Origin: Trypanosoma brucei
Taxonomy: Eukaryota
Assembly (NCBI GenBank): GCA_000002445.1
Contig: CP000070.1
Location: 1,312,001 to 1,376,000 of the forward strand
Length of the DNA: 64,000 nt
Reading direction: 5' to 3'
Within the stretch, counting starts at the first letter, position 1. Every line of letters starts with the position of its first letter. Positions 31,808 to 42,194 of the stretch are shown in pieces. Both the position numbers and the translations under genes were made by a program. The notes under the pieces are model-generated. The model was given only the letters and a program-made list of their open reading frames with translations. It was not told the origin of the DNA and did not search any database.

Positions 31808-34672
31808 ATGCAACACACCGAGGCGCAGTCACAGCAGATTTTGCCGCGTAGTGGGCGGGGCGGCGAATGTTTCGCAGATACACACACTCAAGTTGATGAC
31901 GGGGCAAGTGTGGTTTTTCCTGCCGCTGGTGGTTTATGCAGTCAATCTCAAACCCCCCAGGCTCCGCGTAGGAGGCCTCGTGTCATCACAGCACAAGACC
32001 TCGACGAGGCCCTTTTGCAAGCGATTGAGGGTAAGATCACCCGAAAAAATGCGTGGGTTTCAAAAGATGCAAGTAACCTACTCGATGGGATCACTCAAAC
32101 CGTTGAGAGCACTTTGGACTCCAATAGTACCGTGGACGAGTACACCAGTTTCGCAAAAGTTGCCACCGTTGTGGAGGGATGCTCAAAAGTGTGGACAAGC
32201 CGCGTGGACAGCACATATCAGCGTTCAAATCAGATGGTACGCCGCCTGCTGAGGAACGAGGATGAGGGCCACGGGAGCGATGAAGAGAACAAAGAGGAGG
32301 GCGACGGAGAGGGTGGAGCCCCTAGCACAAGCGCTGCGGCCGAACGTAGAAGGAGGGCTGCACAACGTAAAGGTCAGACTGTTCGCACCATCGCATTTGA
32401 TTTATCTGAGATCAACCTAGATCGAAAAGCGCGATTGGCACTTGTACGCACTGGTGTAAGTGCACAGTTTCGTGCAATAACAGAAAAATTTGACCAAGGA
32501 AATGCACAGGGGTTGCTAGTGCACAACACCCCGATCGGCGGTGCGGGGAACCTTATTCTCGATGTGGATTACGTACGAGAACCGGATGGTGACTACACAG
32601 CCGACTGCGGAAGGCACTCTGGTCAATCAGATAAAGTTAAAAGTGAACCAGATGAAGGCGAGAACATCAACACTACGGCACGAGGGTTCGCCGACGGAGG
32701 AATTGAGGATGGGGTTGATGAAGGGCTCAGGATCACTCTTGACCTTCCACCCTTCACGGCATCACATATGCAATCCAATGCGGAGAAAAACTCACTTTTT
32801 GTTTGTGGCGGGGGCCACCTAGTTGGGGACGGTGCTGGCAGTGCTGTCAGTACAAACGATCGTAGCGGTGAAGGTGCAAGAGTTAGTTCTAGTAGTTTTT
32901 CCACTGATCCCAACGCCTCAGGCCGTCCTTCACTGACGGTGCCGTCCCTGCTGGCAGTACCCCATACCGTGCAGGGGAACCCGGACGTGTTGCCCGACGA
33001 CGCGACGCGCGTAGCCACGAATGAGCAGGATGGCAATGAAGAGCACGATTACCAAGATGGTGGCTGGTTTGATGGTATGGATGGTGCTGACGCCGATTAC
33101 GGTTTACACGATGGTGGTGAAAGTATCGACCAGGATCGCTATACGGCTGACAATGGTAGAGGGGAAGAAAGCAACCCTGAGTTGTCCCCAGAGCGTGTTG
33201 CTTTGGAAGCCCGTCGCTTGGTTTCGGGCGTTACTGATCTCAACATCATGGACAATCGTCTGCGTAATAAACAACTCGCACTTGAGGTGGATGACCCCAG
33301 TGGGTGGGTTCCAATGGCTGAGCCCGTGAGCAATCCCATGTTTGGGGCCAGAGCACGCAAGAACTCAACGATCATGATGACTCTGCGCAAGCAACACCAT
33401 TTCCTTGGGCCCAGCGTGGCCCAATCTTCCATATCCACCCAATCCTTGAAACGCTTGAAACGTGAAGCTGCGGTTTTTGACTTACCGGGTGAGCTGGAAG
33501 CCGTTTCGGCGACGGCTTCTCGTCGGTCTGCGGGGACAAAGGAAAAATCTACAAAAGGAGATGATTGCATTCATCTTCCACCTGTGTTTGCGTTGCTAGA
33601 GGACAGCGGTGTGGACAATTCGGCGTTAAAGCAAAGCACTTCCGAAGGAAAAAACATGAGTGCACTTGGGAAGGAGTTGCTGCTAGGAAGGGATTCTAGC
33701 GCAATAAAACCGTACCTGCAGACGTCTGTGGAGCTGACTAAGGCGCAGGAAGCTGGCTTGTTGGTGCGGGAAAACCCTGTGCCGGGCGTAACCGTTCCAT
33801 CGTATCTTCCCTATCCCATAACGGTACCAGTTTTTTTTCAACCGTTTTCAACACCGCTTTCACAGTGGAACCTCCTTCGCAAGTCGGCAACGGGAAGCAC
33901 TATACATCATTATAACAATGCCACTAGCTACGGCTACGCAGACGAGGATGCAGATGGTAACGGGGCTGGCGACATGCCAGCGGAATTCTTTCACGGTGGT
34001 GTTGATTCCGACAACGACTATGGCGATGTGGGCACCTACGACGGTTTCAACGACAGTACCAGGGATGACACCTTAGACAATCCACTAAAGCTTGCACAAG
34101 CACAAATATTCGCCAGCCTTGATCAAGCTGATTTGATACGTTCAAGTACCGCACTAACAACGTTGAGCGGCAATAGCGCACGTCCCAGCAGCATGAATGT
34201 GAGTGACGTTGCCGACATAGATCCAGACACAGTCGTGAAAGTATTGCATGCGCCGGAGGCTATGCTTCCTACGCAGGTAGATGTTGTGTTGTTGAGAAAG
34301 ATTATGTGGGCTTCACTGACCGGAGCTGCAGGGTGCGAAGTAACTGAGCAGCAGGAGTCACAACGCGTGTCGAGGCGAAAGCGTGGTCGCGTGGCGGGAA
34401 CAGAAGGGCCCACCCAGAAAGAAGATAATCAGGGTTCCGATGACGGGGTGAAGAAGGTACGGTTTAGTGAAGTTGTGCTTCAGCTACTACCGCAAGTTAG
34501 CACTGTGTCTGCCACAGGTGCCCTCTCACCGGCCTTTTTCTTCTTTTCTTTGTTGTTTCTTGCCAATGAACACGGACTTCTCATTGAGAGTGTCCCAACA
34601 CTGGACGACCTAGTTGTTCATGTTCCGCCGCAACGGGGGGACGCATCAGAGACCATGGTGAATGCAGACTAG
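31808..34672 (+). CDS. Condensin complex subunit 2 (CAP-H/Barren-like kleisin) (954 aa)
   Basis: N-terminal kleisin motifs: KNAWVSKDASNLLDGI matches NAWSLxLIDxL, and FAKVATVVEGCSKVWTSRVDSTYQRSNQMV matches FQKASCTLDASVKIYSxRVDSVHxExYKVL. C-terminal kleisin/winged-helix motifs: DTVVKVLHAPEAMLPTQVDVVLLRKIMWASL and FFFFSLLFLANEHGLLIESV, which matches FxxLLxLANxxNLxL. Acidic low-complexity centre. Confidence 0.6.
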   Translation: MQHTEAQSQQILPRSGRGGECFADTHTQVDDGASVVFPAAGGLCSQSQTPQAPRRRPRVITAQDLDEALLQAIEGKITRKNAWVSKDASNLLDGITQTVESTLDSNSTVDEYTSFAKVATVVEGCSKVWTSRVDSTYQRSNQMVRRLLRNEDEGHGSDEENKEEGDGEGGAPSTSAAAERRRRAAQRKGQTVRTIAFDLSEINLDRKARLALVRTGVSAQFRAITEKFDQGNAQGLLVHNTPIGGAGNLILDVDYVREPDGDYTADCGRHSGQSDKVKSEPDEGENINTTARGFADGGIEDGVDEGLRITLDLPPFTASHMQSNAEKNSLFVCGGGHLVGDGAGSAVSTNDRSGEGARVSSSSFSTDPNASGRPSLTVPSLLAVPHTVQGNPDVLPDDATRVATNEQDGNEEHDYQDGGWFDGMDGADADYGLHDGGESIDQDRYTADNGRGEESNPELSPERVALEARRLVSGVTDLNIMDNRLRNKQLALEVDDPSGWVPMAEPVSNPMFGARARKNSTIMMTLRKQHHFLGPSVAQSSISTQSLKRLKREAAVFDLPGELEAVSATASRRSAGTKEKSTKGDDCIHLPPVFALLEDSGVDNSALKQSTSEGKNMSALGKELLLGRDSSAIKPYLQTSVELTKAQEAGLLVRENPVPGVTVPSYLPYPITVPVFFQPFSTPLSQWNLLRKSATGSTIHHYNNATSYGYADEDADGNGAGDMPAEFFHGGVDSDNDYGDVGTYDGFNDSTRDDTLDNPLKLAQAQIFASLDQADLIRSSTALTTLSGNSARPSSMNVSDVADIDPDTVVKVLHAPEAMLPTQVDVVLLRKIMWASLTGAAGCEVTEQQESQRVSRRKRGRVAGTEGPTQKEDNQGSDDGVKKVRFSEVVLQLLPQVSTVSATGALSPAFFFFSLLFLANEHGLLIESVPTLDDLVVHVPPQRGDASETMVNAD

Positions 34673-35632
34673 GGTAGGAACACCCACAGAATTCGTGTGT
34701 TCACATACGTATGAGCGTAGAAGTGTGCGTGTTGCTTGCGTTGATGTATTCCCATTCTTCTTAGTGTGGTGTGTGTGCGTGTGGGAAAAAGTGAGGAGGG
34801 GGGCGGCGCAGAAGGAAAAAGAAGTGACACAATGGCAGGGGGTATATCATTGTCTGATGTGTGCGCATGTATTCAACTCCAGTTCCCTTCTTCTGGTTTC
34901 CATCTAATTTAAGGTTCATGCGCACATACTCTTGAATCCGGTAATTTGCCCTTGCTGTTCTCCAGTTTCGAGGGTGCAATGGATTAAAAGTGTGCGTAAA
35001 TGAATGAGGCGTTATGCACTTTTGTGTTTTAGAGAAGAATGGCGGCGGGCGCGCACTGTGTATAGAGTGCACTGCGGACCAAAGCCAGGGTAGCAGGTGG
35101 TTGTCATGTTTGTTCGTCTGTTTGTTTCATAGTTTTTATGATTTTTCCCCCGTGTCTTGGTCCCTTACTCCATTGTTTTTTGTCGAATTTGTGCTGTGTT
35201 GCCCGGGGTGAGCTGTGCTCTGTTTTTGTACCAGTACGGTGCGGTTTCGCTTCCCAGGTTACAATGTTTGGTGTCGCTTTTTATTCCTCTCCCTTTTGTG
35301 ACTGAACGCTTTGCACCATTAGGAGGCTGCCACAAAGTAATGGTCTGCGACTGTTCCACAAACTGACTTCACAAGAAGGCATATTTGGCATAGATATCGG
35401 GGCAATCTTCACTTGCCGTGGGAGTGTTGGCAGACGCATATATTTTTTTCGTTTATTCACTTGAGCGATATAAGGGAAAGGAGGAGAGGGGGGAGGGGAA
35501 GGTACATCTGGAGGAAGCGGCTCAATATCGAAGAGGGGAAGCTACTCTCGAGAGGGAAGAATCTCTGCTCCGAAGTAGCTGCCGCAATAGAGGGCTCAGG
35601 TGTTTTTTGTCTTTTGCTGGGAAGGCCTTGAA

Positions 35633-36508
35633 ATGGCCTTTTCACTTCCAAAAAAATATTACCTTATCGTGCACGATGCCATCCGAAAGGTGTTGGGGAA
35701 TGACGCTGAGATTTCTGCTTTCGTAACGTCCCAAGGGAAGTTTCAGTGTCACATGCTCGTAAACTCTACGACTACCGACCCCGATCTCTCCAACACAGAC
35801 ACTAGCAACCCGGTGGGTGGTAGTGCAGGCAACGCGGACAAAAAGGGGGAAGTGTGTGGTTTTGTGAAGGAATTCGCCGCGAGGCTACAGCGCTGTCTCG
35901 GGGTTTGCGACATTGTTGCGTGCCGTCGGCGGCTTGATATTGTTTTCATGGACCGTGAGGTGCTGCGTCTTGCACTGGGAGCGCCAAGGAGAGCCATCAA
36001 TAACTTACGGCACCCTTGCGAGATAAACGAGGAGCCCGACTGGACACGGCGGAACCGCCTGCGGATATCCCTAGGCTTTGACGAGGACCTTTTCATTGAG
36101 GTGTGTGATTTGAAAATTGCCCTCGCCGCTCGCCTCATGGAGAGATGGGTGTATGACAAGTATTGCAAGGGCAATGTTGGTAAACTGAAGGGTGAGTCCG
36201 CAAAGCGGCTGCTATGGGAGAGAGAGAGACATCTCTATCCGCCTGTAACATACTGGCAAGCGCATGGTTATCTACTATTACAGGAGTACCCGTGCGACCA
36301 CCACATCACTCTTGTAGGGACAATTGCGCAAAATTTTGCCAAATACTACGGTGAATTTCCCCTTGACAATCCGTATTGCCCTGGGGAGGACCTCAACACA
36401 ATTGGCTGCGTGCAGGAACTTTGCCGAGCATGGAAACAGTTGCCGGTAGATGAGGGCGGAGCGGAGGTGTTGTTGAAACTTGGTGTGGAGCCTCCGGTTC
36501 CAGAATAG
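35633..36508 (+). CDS. Hypothetical protein (291 aa from first ATG)
   Basis: Track ORF begins with GTG at 35600; the first ATG is MAFSLPKKYY. No recognisable domain. Confidence 0.4.
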   Translation: MAFSLPKKYYLIVHDAIRKVLGNDAEISAFVTSQGKFQCHMLVNSTTTDPDLSNTDTSNPVGGSAGNADKKGEVCGFVKEFAARLQRCLGVCDIVACRRRLDIVFMDREVLRLALGAPRRAINNLRHPCEINEEPDWTRRNRLRISLGFDEDLFIEVCDLKIALAARLMERWVYDKYCKGNVGKLKGESAKRLLWERERHLYPPVTYWQAHGYLLLQEYPCDHHITLVGTIAQNFAKYYGEFPLDNPYCPGEDLNTIGCVQELCRAWKQLPVDEGGAEVLLKLGVEPPVPE

Positions 36509-36775
36509 TATTGTTCCAAGCATCACAATTGTTCTTGTGGTTACCATGTTGGGGGGATGTTGCTGGTCCCTTCGCACATTGAGTTGTTCTTTGGTGTCGC
36601 AAGGAGATCACCATCCTATCCTTCTTTTTTTCTTATACCTTCCTGCCATGTTTGGGCATACTTCTCCCCTTGAAATTTCAAAAAATAATTAGGCCTAGAG
36701 TAGTGCTCCATCCCTTCTTCAGCGTGAAGATTGTTTACTGCTTTTTTTTTCTGCTTTTTAGGGTAACAGAAGAGC

Positions 36776-38485
36776 ATGGTGGTGGGTGGTGATCGCTCTA
36801 GCGGTGAGAAGGGAGGCGCCGGTGACGGTCATAGCGACAGCGATTGTTCTTCCCCTTCTTCCACATCCACTTCTTTATCGTCAAAATTACCATGTGCACC
36901 TGCGGCCCAACAGTCTGATGAATTCACTGATGTTCCAACCTCTCGGGAGAGTACAACAGGGGCGATTTCATCCTCTGAGCGTTCGCGGCGACTCGCCCTC
37001 TTCGGCAGTCGGGCCTTAGCGGCAGGCTCAAAAGGGCACCACATTGCTGGACCATCTTCTTCAACCACCTCACCGGTGACTGCGGTGACATCTTGCTCAC
37101 GTGCCGACCAGAGACAAGGAGTGTCTCCTTACGGTGCGCGACGGGGTGATATTTCGGCTTTTGTTCGTCCAAGTAGTGAAGTTTCATCGCAGGGTAAGTA
37201 TTTGGTTGTTGGCGATGGGATGATGGCACCCTTCATGGCTTTGTGCCTTCGTGTCCATGGTCTCGAATGTGACCTGGCGCATCATATCAGCAGTAATGAC
37301 GCCGATCGCGGAACAGTTGTGTTGACACCCTCGCTAACGCAGGTAATGGGTGATGTGCTGAACGTCAGTGTTCCAAGCGGCAGCGTTGTTGGACGTATCC
37401 TCACCTTTGATCATGTTGGAAACGACATGTGTGATATCGACCTTAATGAGTTTCGTGAAAAGGGCGAAAGCCCCACATTTTTCTGCTGTGATAGGCTAAA
37501 GTTGGAGCGTGCACTTCTCTCACTGTGCGAGGTCGGGGTGCACAGCTGCCACGTGTTGCCGAAGCCGCTTATTGACCGTGGTGGGCTTGAAGCGCTGGAC
37601 TCGGGAGGTGTTCGCGTTCGCTTTGCGAGCGGCCACCATCAGGACTATCTGGGCCTTATATGCACGGGGCGTAGCCAGGAGCGTGTACCTGAGCTGACGA
37701 TCACTAACGAGGAGCTTCAGTTGCGTGCAGAAAACGCCGAAAAGTTCCGTGAAGCACAAGCAAAGGCAGTGCGATGGTTGGAGATGTGTGTACCTCCGTT
37801 ACCTGAGTTGGGTCGGTTTGAGAAGCGTTTCACCCCTGGCTCTCAGGAGATTGTTGAGCTTCTCACTCCTCGTGATGCGAAGATGACTGTGCGTCCGACT
37901 ATGATGGCAACGAAGTTGTTCTACAATGTGACCATTACTATACCTGACAGCACACCGGACCCACGGTTGAAGAGTAGTAGCACAAAGCAATTCTGGGATG
38001 ACGTAGTTATGCACTGGACGTCCGGTATACCTGGATATGTTTCACACACGATGTTCCGTCCAATTATGACACACATGCAGCAACACTTCACGAAGAGTAG
38101 TGCGCTCGTGTATCGCACTCCGCTCTTCCTTATGCCGCACTGGTCGGAGGGTGGTGGGAGGGTTATTAAAGTTGCGCACGCGGCTCATGGCGCAGCTTTT
38201 GACGCAGTTGATGTCGCCGATGCACAAGGCTTCACAGACTGCTTCTGCCTTGCGCGTACAATTGCCGAAGGAAATGATGTCCAGCAGTTCCTGCGTGATA
38301 GGCGGCTGCAGGTGATGGAGGAACTTGATCACCACGCGACGCTGCTTAACTACGGTGTGCGGGAACGAGGTCAGGTTGCCTACATGAGTTCCAGATTTGC
38401 CATGAAAATATTACGACGTTACAAGAAAAACTGGAGAAGCATTCTTCAAAACTATGTGACGCTGATGCCCAAGATAGTGAAGTGA
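36776..38485 (+). CDS. FAD-dependent-monooxygenase-like protein, motifs partly degenerate (569 aa)
   Basis: ATG start. N-terminal ~130 aa are Ser-rich. KYLVVGDGMMAPFMALCLRVHGLECDL resembles the Rossmann GxGxxG/A dinucleotide-binding fold. About 320 aa downstream, IKVAHAAHGAAFDAVDVADAQGF resembles the GDAAHxxxPxxGQG FAD motif, but GD is replaced by VA. Confidence 0.45.
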   Translation: MVVGGDRSSGEKGGAGDGHSDSDCSSPSSTSTSLSSKLPCAPAAQQSDEFTDVPTSRESTTGAISSSERSRRLALFGSRALAAGSKGHHIAGPSSSTTSPVTAVTSCSRADQRQGVSPYGARRGDISAFVRPSSEVSSQGKYLVVGDGMMAPFMALCLRVHGLECDLAHHISSNDADRGTVVLTPSLTQVMGDVLNVSVPSGSVVGRILTFDHVGNDMCDIDLNEFREKGESPTFFCCDRLKLERALLSLCEVGVHSCHVLPKPLIDRGGLEALDSGGVRVRFASGHHQDYLGLICTGRSQERVPELTITNEELQLRAENAEKFREAQAKAVRWLEMCVPPLPELGRFEKRFTPGSQEIVELLTPRDAKMTVRPTMMATKLFYNVTITIPDSTPDPRLKSSSTKQFWDDVVMHWTSGIPGYVSHTMFRPIMTHMQQHFTKSSALVYRTPLFLMPHWSEGGGRVIKVAHAAHGAAFDAVDVADAQGFTDCFCLARTIAEGNDVQQFLRDRRLQVMEELDHHATLLNYGVRERGQVAYMSSRFAMKILRRYKKNWRSILQNYVTLMPKIVK

Positions 38486-38939
38486 ATTTTATGCATGCTC
38501 GGCTGGATCGAATAAAGGTGGGAAGAGTTAAGGCCTGGCAGATATGTTCCTGTGGAGGGGAGGAAATATGCAGGTATTGTGTGTGTATGTGCAGGGTATT
38601 GGGCTAAGAGAGTGGGGCAAGCGACTAATGGACCACCATAAGTCAGGAGGAAGAGGAGGGAAACACCACCTGGTGCTTCGTGTATCCTGACCGTAACGGG
38701 GAGCCGGGGGAGGTTCTCACCCTACTACCCTTGAACACGCTTACCAAAATTGTATGTATGCGTGCAGACTTAGGATTTCTCCAAAGCTGTTGTACCCACT
38801 GTTGTCACGGTGTATTATGACATATTTACTTGTATTTTTATCTTACTGAGTTTTTCTAACCCTTCACCTCTGTTCATTACTTCCCTCTTGCTGCATGCGT
38901 GCCTAACTTGCACGGGAATGCCCTTTTCATCAGCTTGCG

Positions 38940-40115
38940 ATGCAGAGATGGAGCCAGAGACTTCACGCAGTTAACAAAGCCACGGGACGTCGCTGGAGCC
39001 CCATACCGAAGCCACCACCGCAGGATTTCGACCGCCTTTGCGGGACCCACAGCGTACTCAACACATTGCGCGCATTCTATGTGGCCCCGCGAAGGCTCCA
39101 TCCACACCGTCGGCAATTGTGCTCCCTCTATGTGCGTGACTTTCGCCTGGAGGCGAGTTGCAACACCAAAAAAAATGGTGATGATGATGCAGAAAAATCT
39201 AATGATGGACATGACGTATGGATTCCCAAGCAGTACCCGAACATGCAGCGTATTGTGCGTCTTGCGCGCGCGTTGAGCGTTGCAGTGCATCCCGTGGAGC
39301 GTCGTGAGTTAGTGCGTCTCTGTGGCGAACGACGCAACCAAAACGTTGTGCTGGAAGTGTCAACCTTCACTCCGAGGGATGTTGTGGCGTCCCCTTGGGA
39401 GAGTGGTAGAAGAGTGTGGGATGCAGACGGACGAGGCATGACTGAAGGTGGGGCACAGACAGATGACGTGGTATTTCTTGACCACGTGATTGATCCTGCC
39501 AATGTTGGTGCTATCATGAGATCTGCATTTTTCATGGGTTTGCGGCGGATTGTCCTTAGCAGCGACAGCGCTGGATGTACCGCTGCTGTTTGCCGCTCCA
39601 GTGCGGGTTTTATGGAGTACATGAGCGTGTACCGTGCTGTTGTTCCGACGTTAACATTTCTCGAGAATACTGTTGCTCAACAAAAAGCGCGTGATGGCGG
39701 CCACCTGCTGGAAATCTACGCGACGTCTCCGATGCCGCGGCGTGGCGTGACCACGTGCAGCGCGAGAGAACTTCCCTCAGTGTCTTGCGGTCCCGTCAAC
39801 AAGCCTCGACGTCGTTTGCTGTTACTAGGGAATGAAGGCGCTGGTTTGCCTTCAGAGGTTATGGGGCTTTGCACGCATACCGCGCACATACCACTTGCGC
39901 CTGAACGCAGCCACTTCATGTCTACAGCGGTGGATGGAGGACTGGTTGCTGGGGGGAATGGTCGGAATACGTGCCGTACCCGCGGTGAAGAAGCCGAAGA
40001 TATCGCACATCTACGACCAGAGGAGGTGTCCCTTAATGTGAGTGCTGCTAGTGCCCTTATTCTCGCAGCGTTGAGACGTGGTGACGGAGCTGTGGAGGTG
40101 TATAGGAATCACTAA
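38940..40115 (+). CDS. SpoU/TrmH-family RNA 2'-O-ribose methyltransferase (391 aa)
   Basis: SPOUT motifs are present. VFLDHVIDPANVGAIMRSAFFMG is motif I. LLLLGNEGAGLPSEVM is motif II. LNVSAASALILAAL is motif III. The ~150-aa N-terminal extension is basic and could be an organellar targeting or RNA-binding region. Confidence 0.8.
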   Translation: MQRWSQRLHAVNKATGRRWSPIPKPPPQDFDRLCGTHSVLNTLRAFYVAPRRLHPHRRQLCSLYVRDFRLEASCNTKKNGDDDAEKSNDGHDVWIPKQYPNMQRIVRLARALSVAVHPVERRELVRLCGERRNQNVVLEVSTFTPRDVVASPWESGRRVWDADGRGMTEGGAQTDDVVFLDHVIDPANVGAIMRSAFFMGLRRIVLSSDSAGCTAAVCRSSAGFMEYMSVYRAVVPTLTFLENTVAQQKARDGGHLLEIYATSPMPRRGVTTCSARELPSVSCGPVNKPRRRLLLLGNEGAGLPSEVMGLCTHTAHIPLAPERSHFMSTAVDGGLVAGGNGRNTCRTRGEEAEDIAHLRPEEVSLNVSAASALILAALRRGDGAVEVYRNH

Positions 40116-40744
40116 AGAAGATGTGAACTGAAGTTGAGAACGGCAGGGCACCGTGTGAGGGGTGAAGAACAGGTGCGACTATATGTGTTACTGTGCCTCG
40201 CTGTTGTTGCTCCTCATACGTGACTTTTTATCCTTTCTCAGGTTGGAATATCGTTACTTAGTGTGTGCCTGGCGGGCTCCCTCTCTGTTTTTTCTCTGCT
40301 GTTAATTTTCGTGTTGTGCCACCGAGCGTTTGCATTAACACCCGCTGGTTGTCAACCCAGCATTGGAAGTGAATCGTGTCCTCGTTAAGGAAGTTGAAAA
40401 AAGGGAGGGGTATTGATGTATCTGGCGGTCGGTGGCATGCCGCAACGAGTTGCGGCGGCGCTCTAGCGATGTCACACCGAGCTGTTCATTTTTATGGGGC
40501 ATGCACCTTTATTGTTATGGCGGACAATAATTTACAACCTATTCCCCACAGCACTGCGCTGTCATTGCAGTATCACATGCACGTGTATGCCCATTTTTCT
40601 CCCTTTTTATGGTATCTAACTCTTCCCATGGGAAAAATGCTACCCAGTCTCAGTGCTCAGGCGACCGGTAGCACTTTGTCGCGACAATTTGTGCAAGGTT
40701 AAATATCGAATTTTGGCTGCCTGAAAATCTACCCATCAGCAGTA

Positions 40745-41461
40745 ATGAGCAACCACGGGGGCAGCAGCAGCCTCGACGCTCTCGGTGGCGTCGAGACAGC
40801 GGCTGCAGAGACGACAAGAAACATCGTGCTCGGCCTCCCGAAGGACGGTCCAGTTCCTGGTAGTAGTGATGCGGCGTCTCTGCAGGCCGCAGAAGCGTTC
40901 ATCGGATCGATACAACAGGAAATAATGGCGTGTGATATGGCAAATGCTCGCGCCATGGAACTCTATGCCCGCCACTGGTGGACGAAAGTGCCATACTTCG
41001 GAAAACGGTTTGGGTCCACTACAGCAACCTTGGAGGTTACGGGGGCAGATGGAGGAGGGGTTAGTGGCTTGCCTGCGTGTACCGGGACATCGGACGGCCA
41101 GCACAAACATATGCGGTTGGAGCGTTCCTCAGAGGTGGCGGCGGTTCCGGGCACTTCGAGGGGCCAGCAGCAGCGACTTAACAGTTGGTTCTTTAAGCTT
41201 CGTCACCCCGGTTGGGTTCCGATCATACAACGGCCGTGGGTGCCGTACTTCTGCATTGGTTGCTTGATGCTCGTTTGGACACCTGATATTTGGAAGTTGC
41301 GAACGCTGCACTGGTGCGACTATCAATATGCGGAGTTTCGTCGTGCCGTTCATAGGGCGTATTGGCGTGCAACGATGAGTGCCGAAGATTATAAGGAGCT
41401 GATGGAAGAACTTGAGCGCGGGCGGCCACCACCATTTGGGGTCTCAAAGTGTCCCTTGTGA
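40745..41461 (+). CDS. Hypothetical protein with one predicted transmembrane helix (238 aa)
   Basis: ATG start. Hydrophobic segment VPYFCIGCLMLVWTP. No family recognised. Confidence 0.45.
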   Translation: MSNHGGSSSLDALGGVETAAAETTRNIVLGLPKDGPVPGSSDAASLQAAEAFIGSIQQEIMACDMANARAMELYARHWWTKVPYFGKRFGSTTATLEVTGADGGGVSGLPACTGTSDGQHKHMRLERSSEVAAVPGTSRGQQQRLNSWFFKLRHPGWVPIIQRPWVPYFCIGCLMLVWTPDIWKLRTLHWCDYQYAEFRRAVHRAYWRATMSAEDYKELMEELERGRPPPFGVSKCPL

Positions 41462-41941
41462 CGAGGACTTTGTGAGGGGAAAAGACTTGTGTTTGAATGC
41501 TCGGAGAGCACGCGCGAGGGTGTTCTAGGAAACTAATGTAAAGGGCAGCAGTACATATACATTTGCGTACTGATATTTTCCTCCTATCGTTGGTTTAAGG
41601 GTGGGGTAATGCGTTTCATGGTCATAAGAGACATTATATGGAGTGTTGTGCGAATGCATGTAATTTGGACCCATTAAAGGCATGGTTCGGCGAAATCGGT
41701 GATGCCGGTTTTCCTTTTTTTTAACCTCTATTTATTAGCCGCGTGTCACGTAAAAGAAATATTTATGTTATTCACCCCAGTTATTTCCGGTTAGGTTGAG
41801 TTAGATTAAATGTTACCTAGTGTACATTTGTTGATAACCGTCATTGAAGCTGTATGTCTAAGTTGTGCGTCTGGTGTAACCCGCTGCCTCCAATTCTCGC
41901 AGTTAATCTTTTTCACTCTTTTGTTCCTTTGTTTCTCTTTC

Positions 41942-41950
41942 TATATATAT

Positions 41951-41981
<31 letters not shown>
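41942..41981. repeat. (TA)n microsatellite, about 20 units with one interruption
   Basis: Direct read. Confidence 0.9.
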
Positions 41982-41984
<3 letters not shown>

Positions 41985-42073
41985 TGTGTGCGTGTTATTA
42001 TTATCATTATGTGCTTCATGGTTAGTGTTGTGAAGAGGCCCAGGAGCAGAGGGCCTGAGCATTTCCGTTTGTT

Positions 42074-42092
42074 TGTGTGTGTGTGTGTGTGT
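42074..42092. repeat. (TG)9 microsatellite
   Basis: Direct read, 90 bp downstream of the (TA)n run. Confidence 0.9.
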
Positions 42093-42194
42093 ACCACCAC
42101 TTTGGCATAAGGCAAAACCACGTTCGCATTAACTATACGGAAGAGGAGGAGGAAGGTGGCCGAACGTGTCGTTGGTACTTAGGGAAAGGGATAC

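Noticed and set aside
40376-40702. 108-aa plus-strand ORF in the intergenic region after the methyltransferase
   Set aside because: GTG start with no nearby ATG, no recognisable features, and lies in a typical UTR/intergenic interval.
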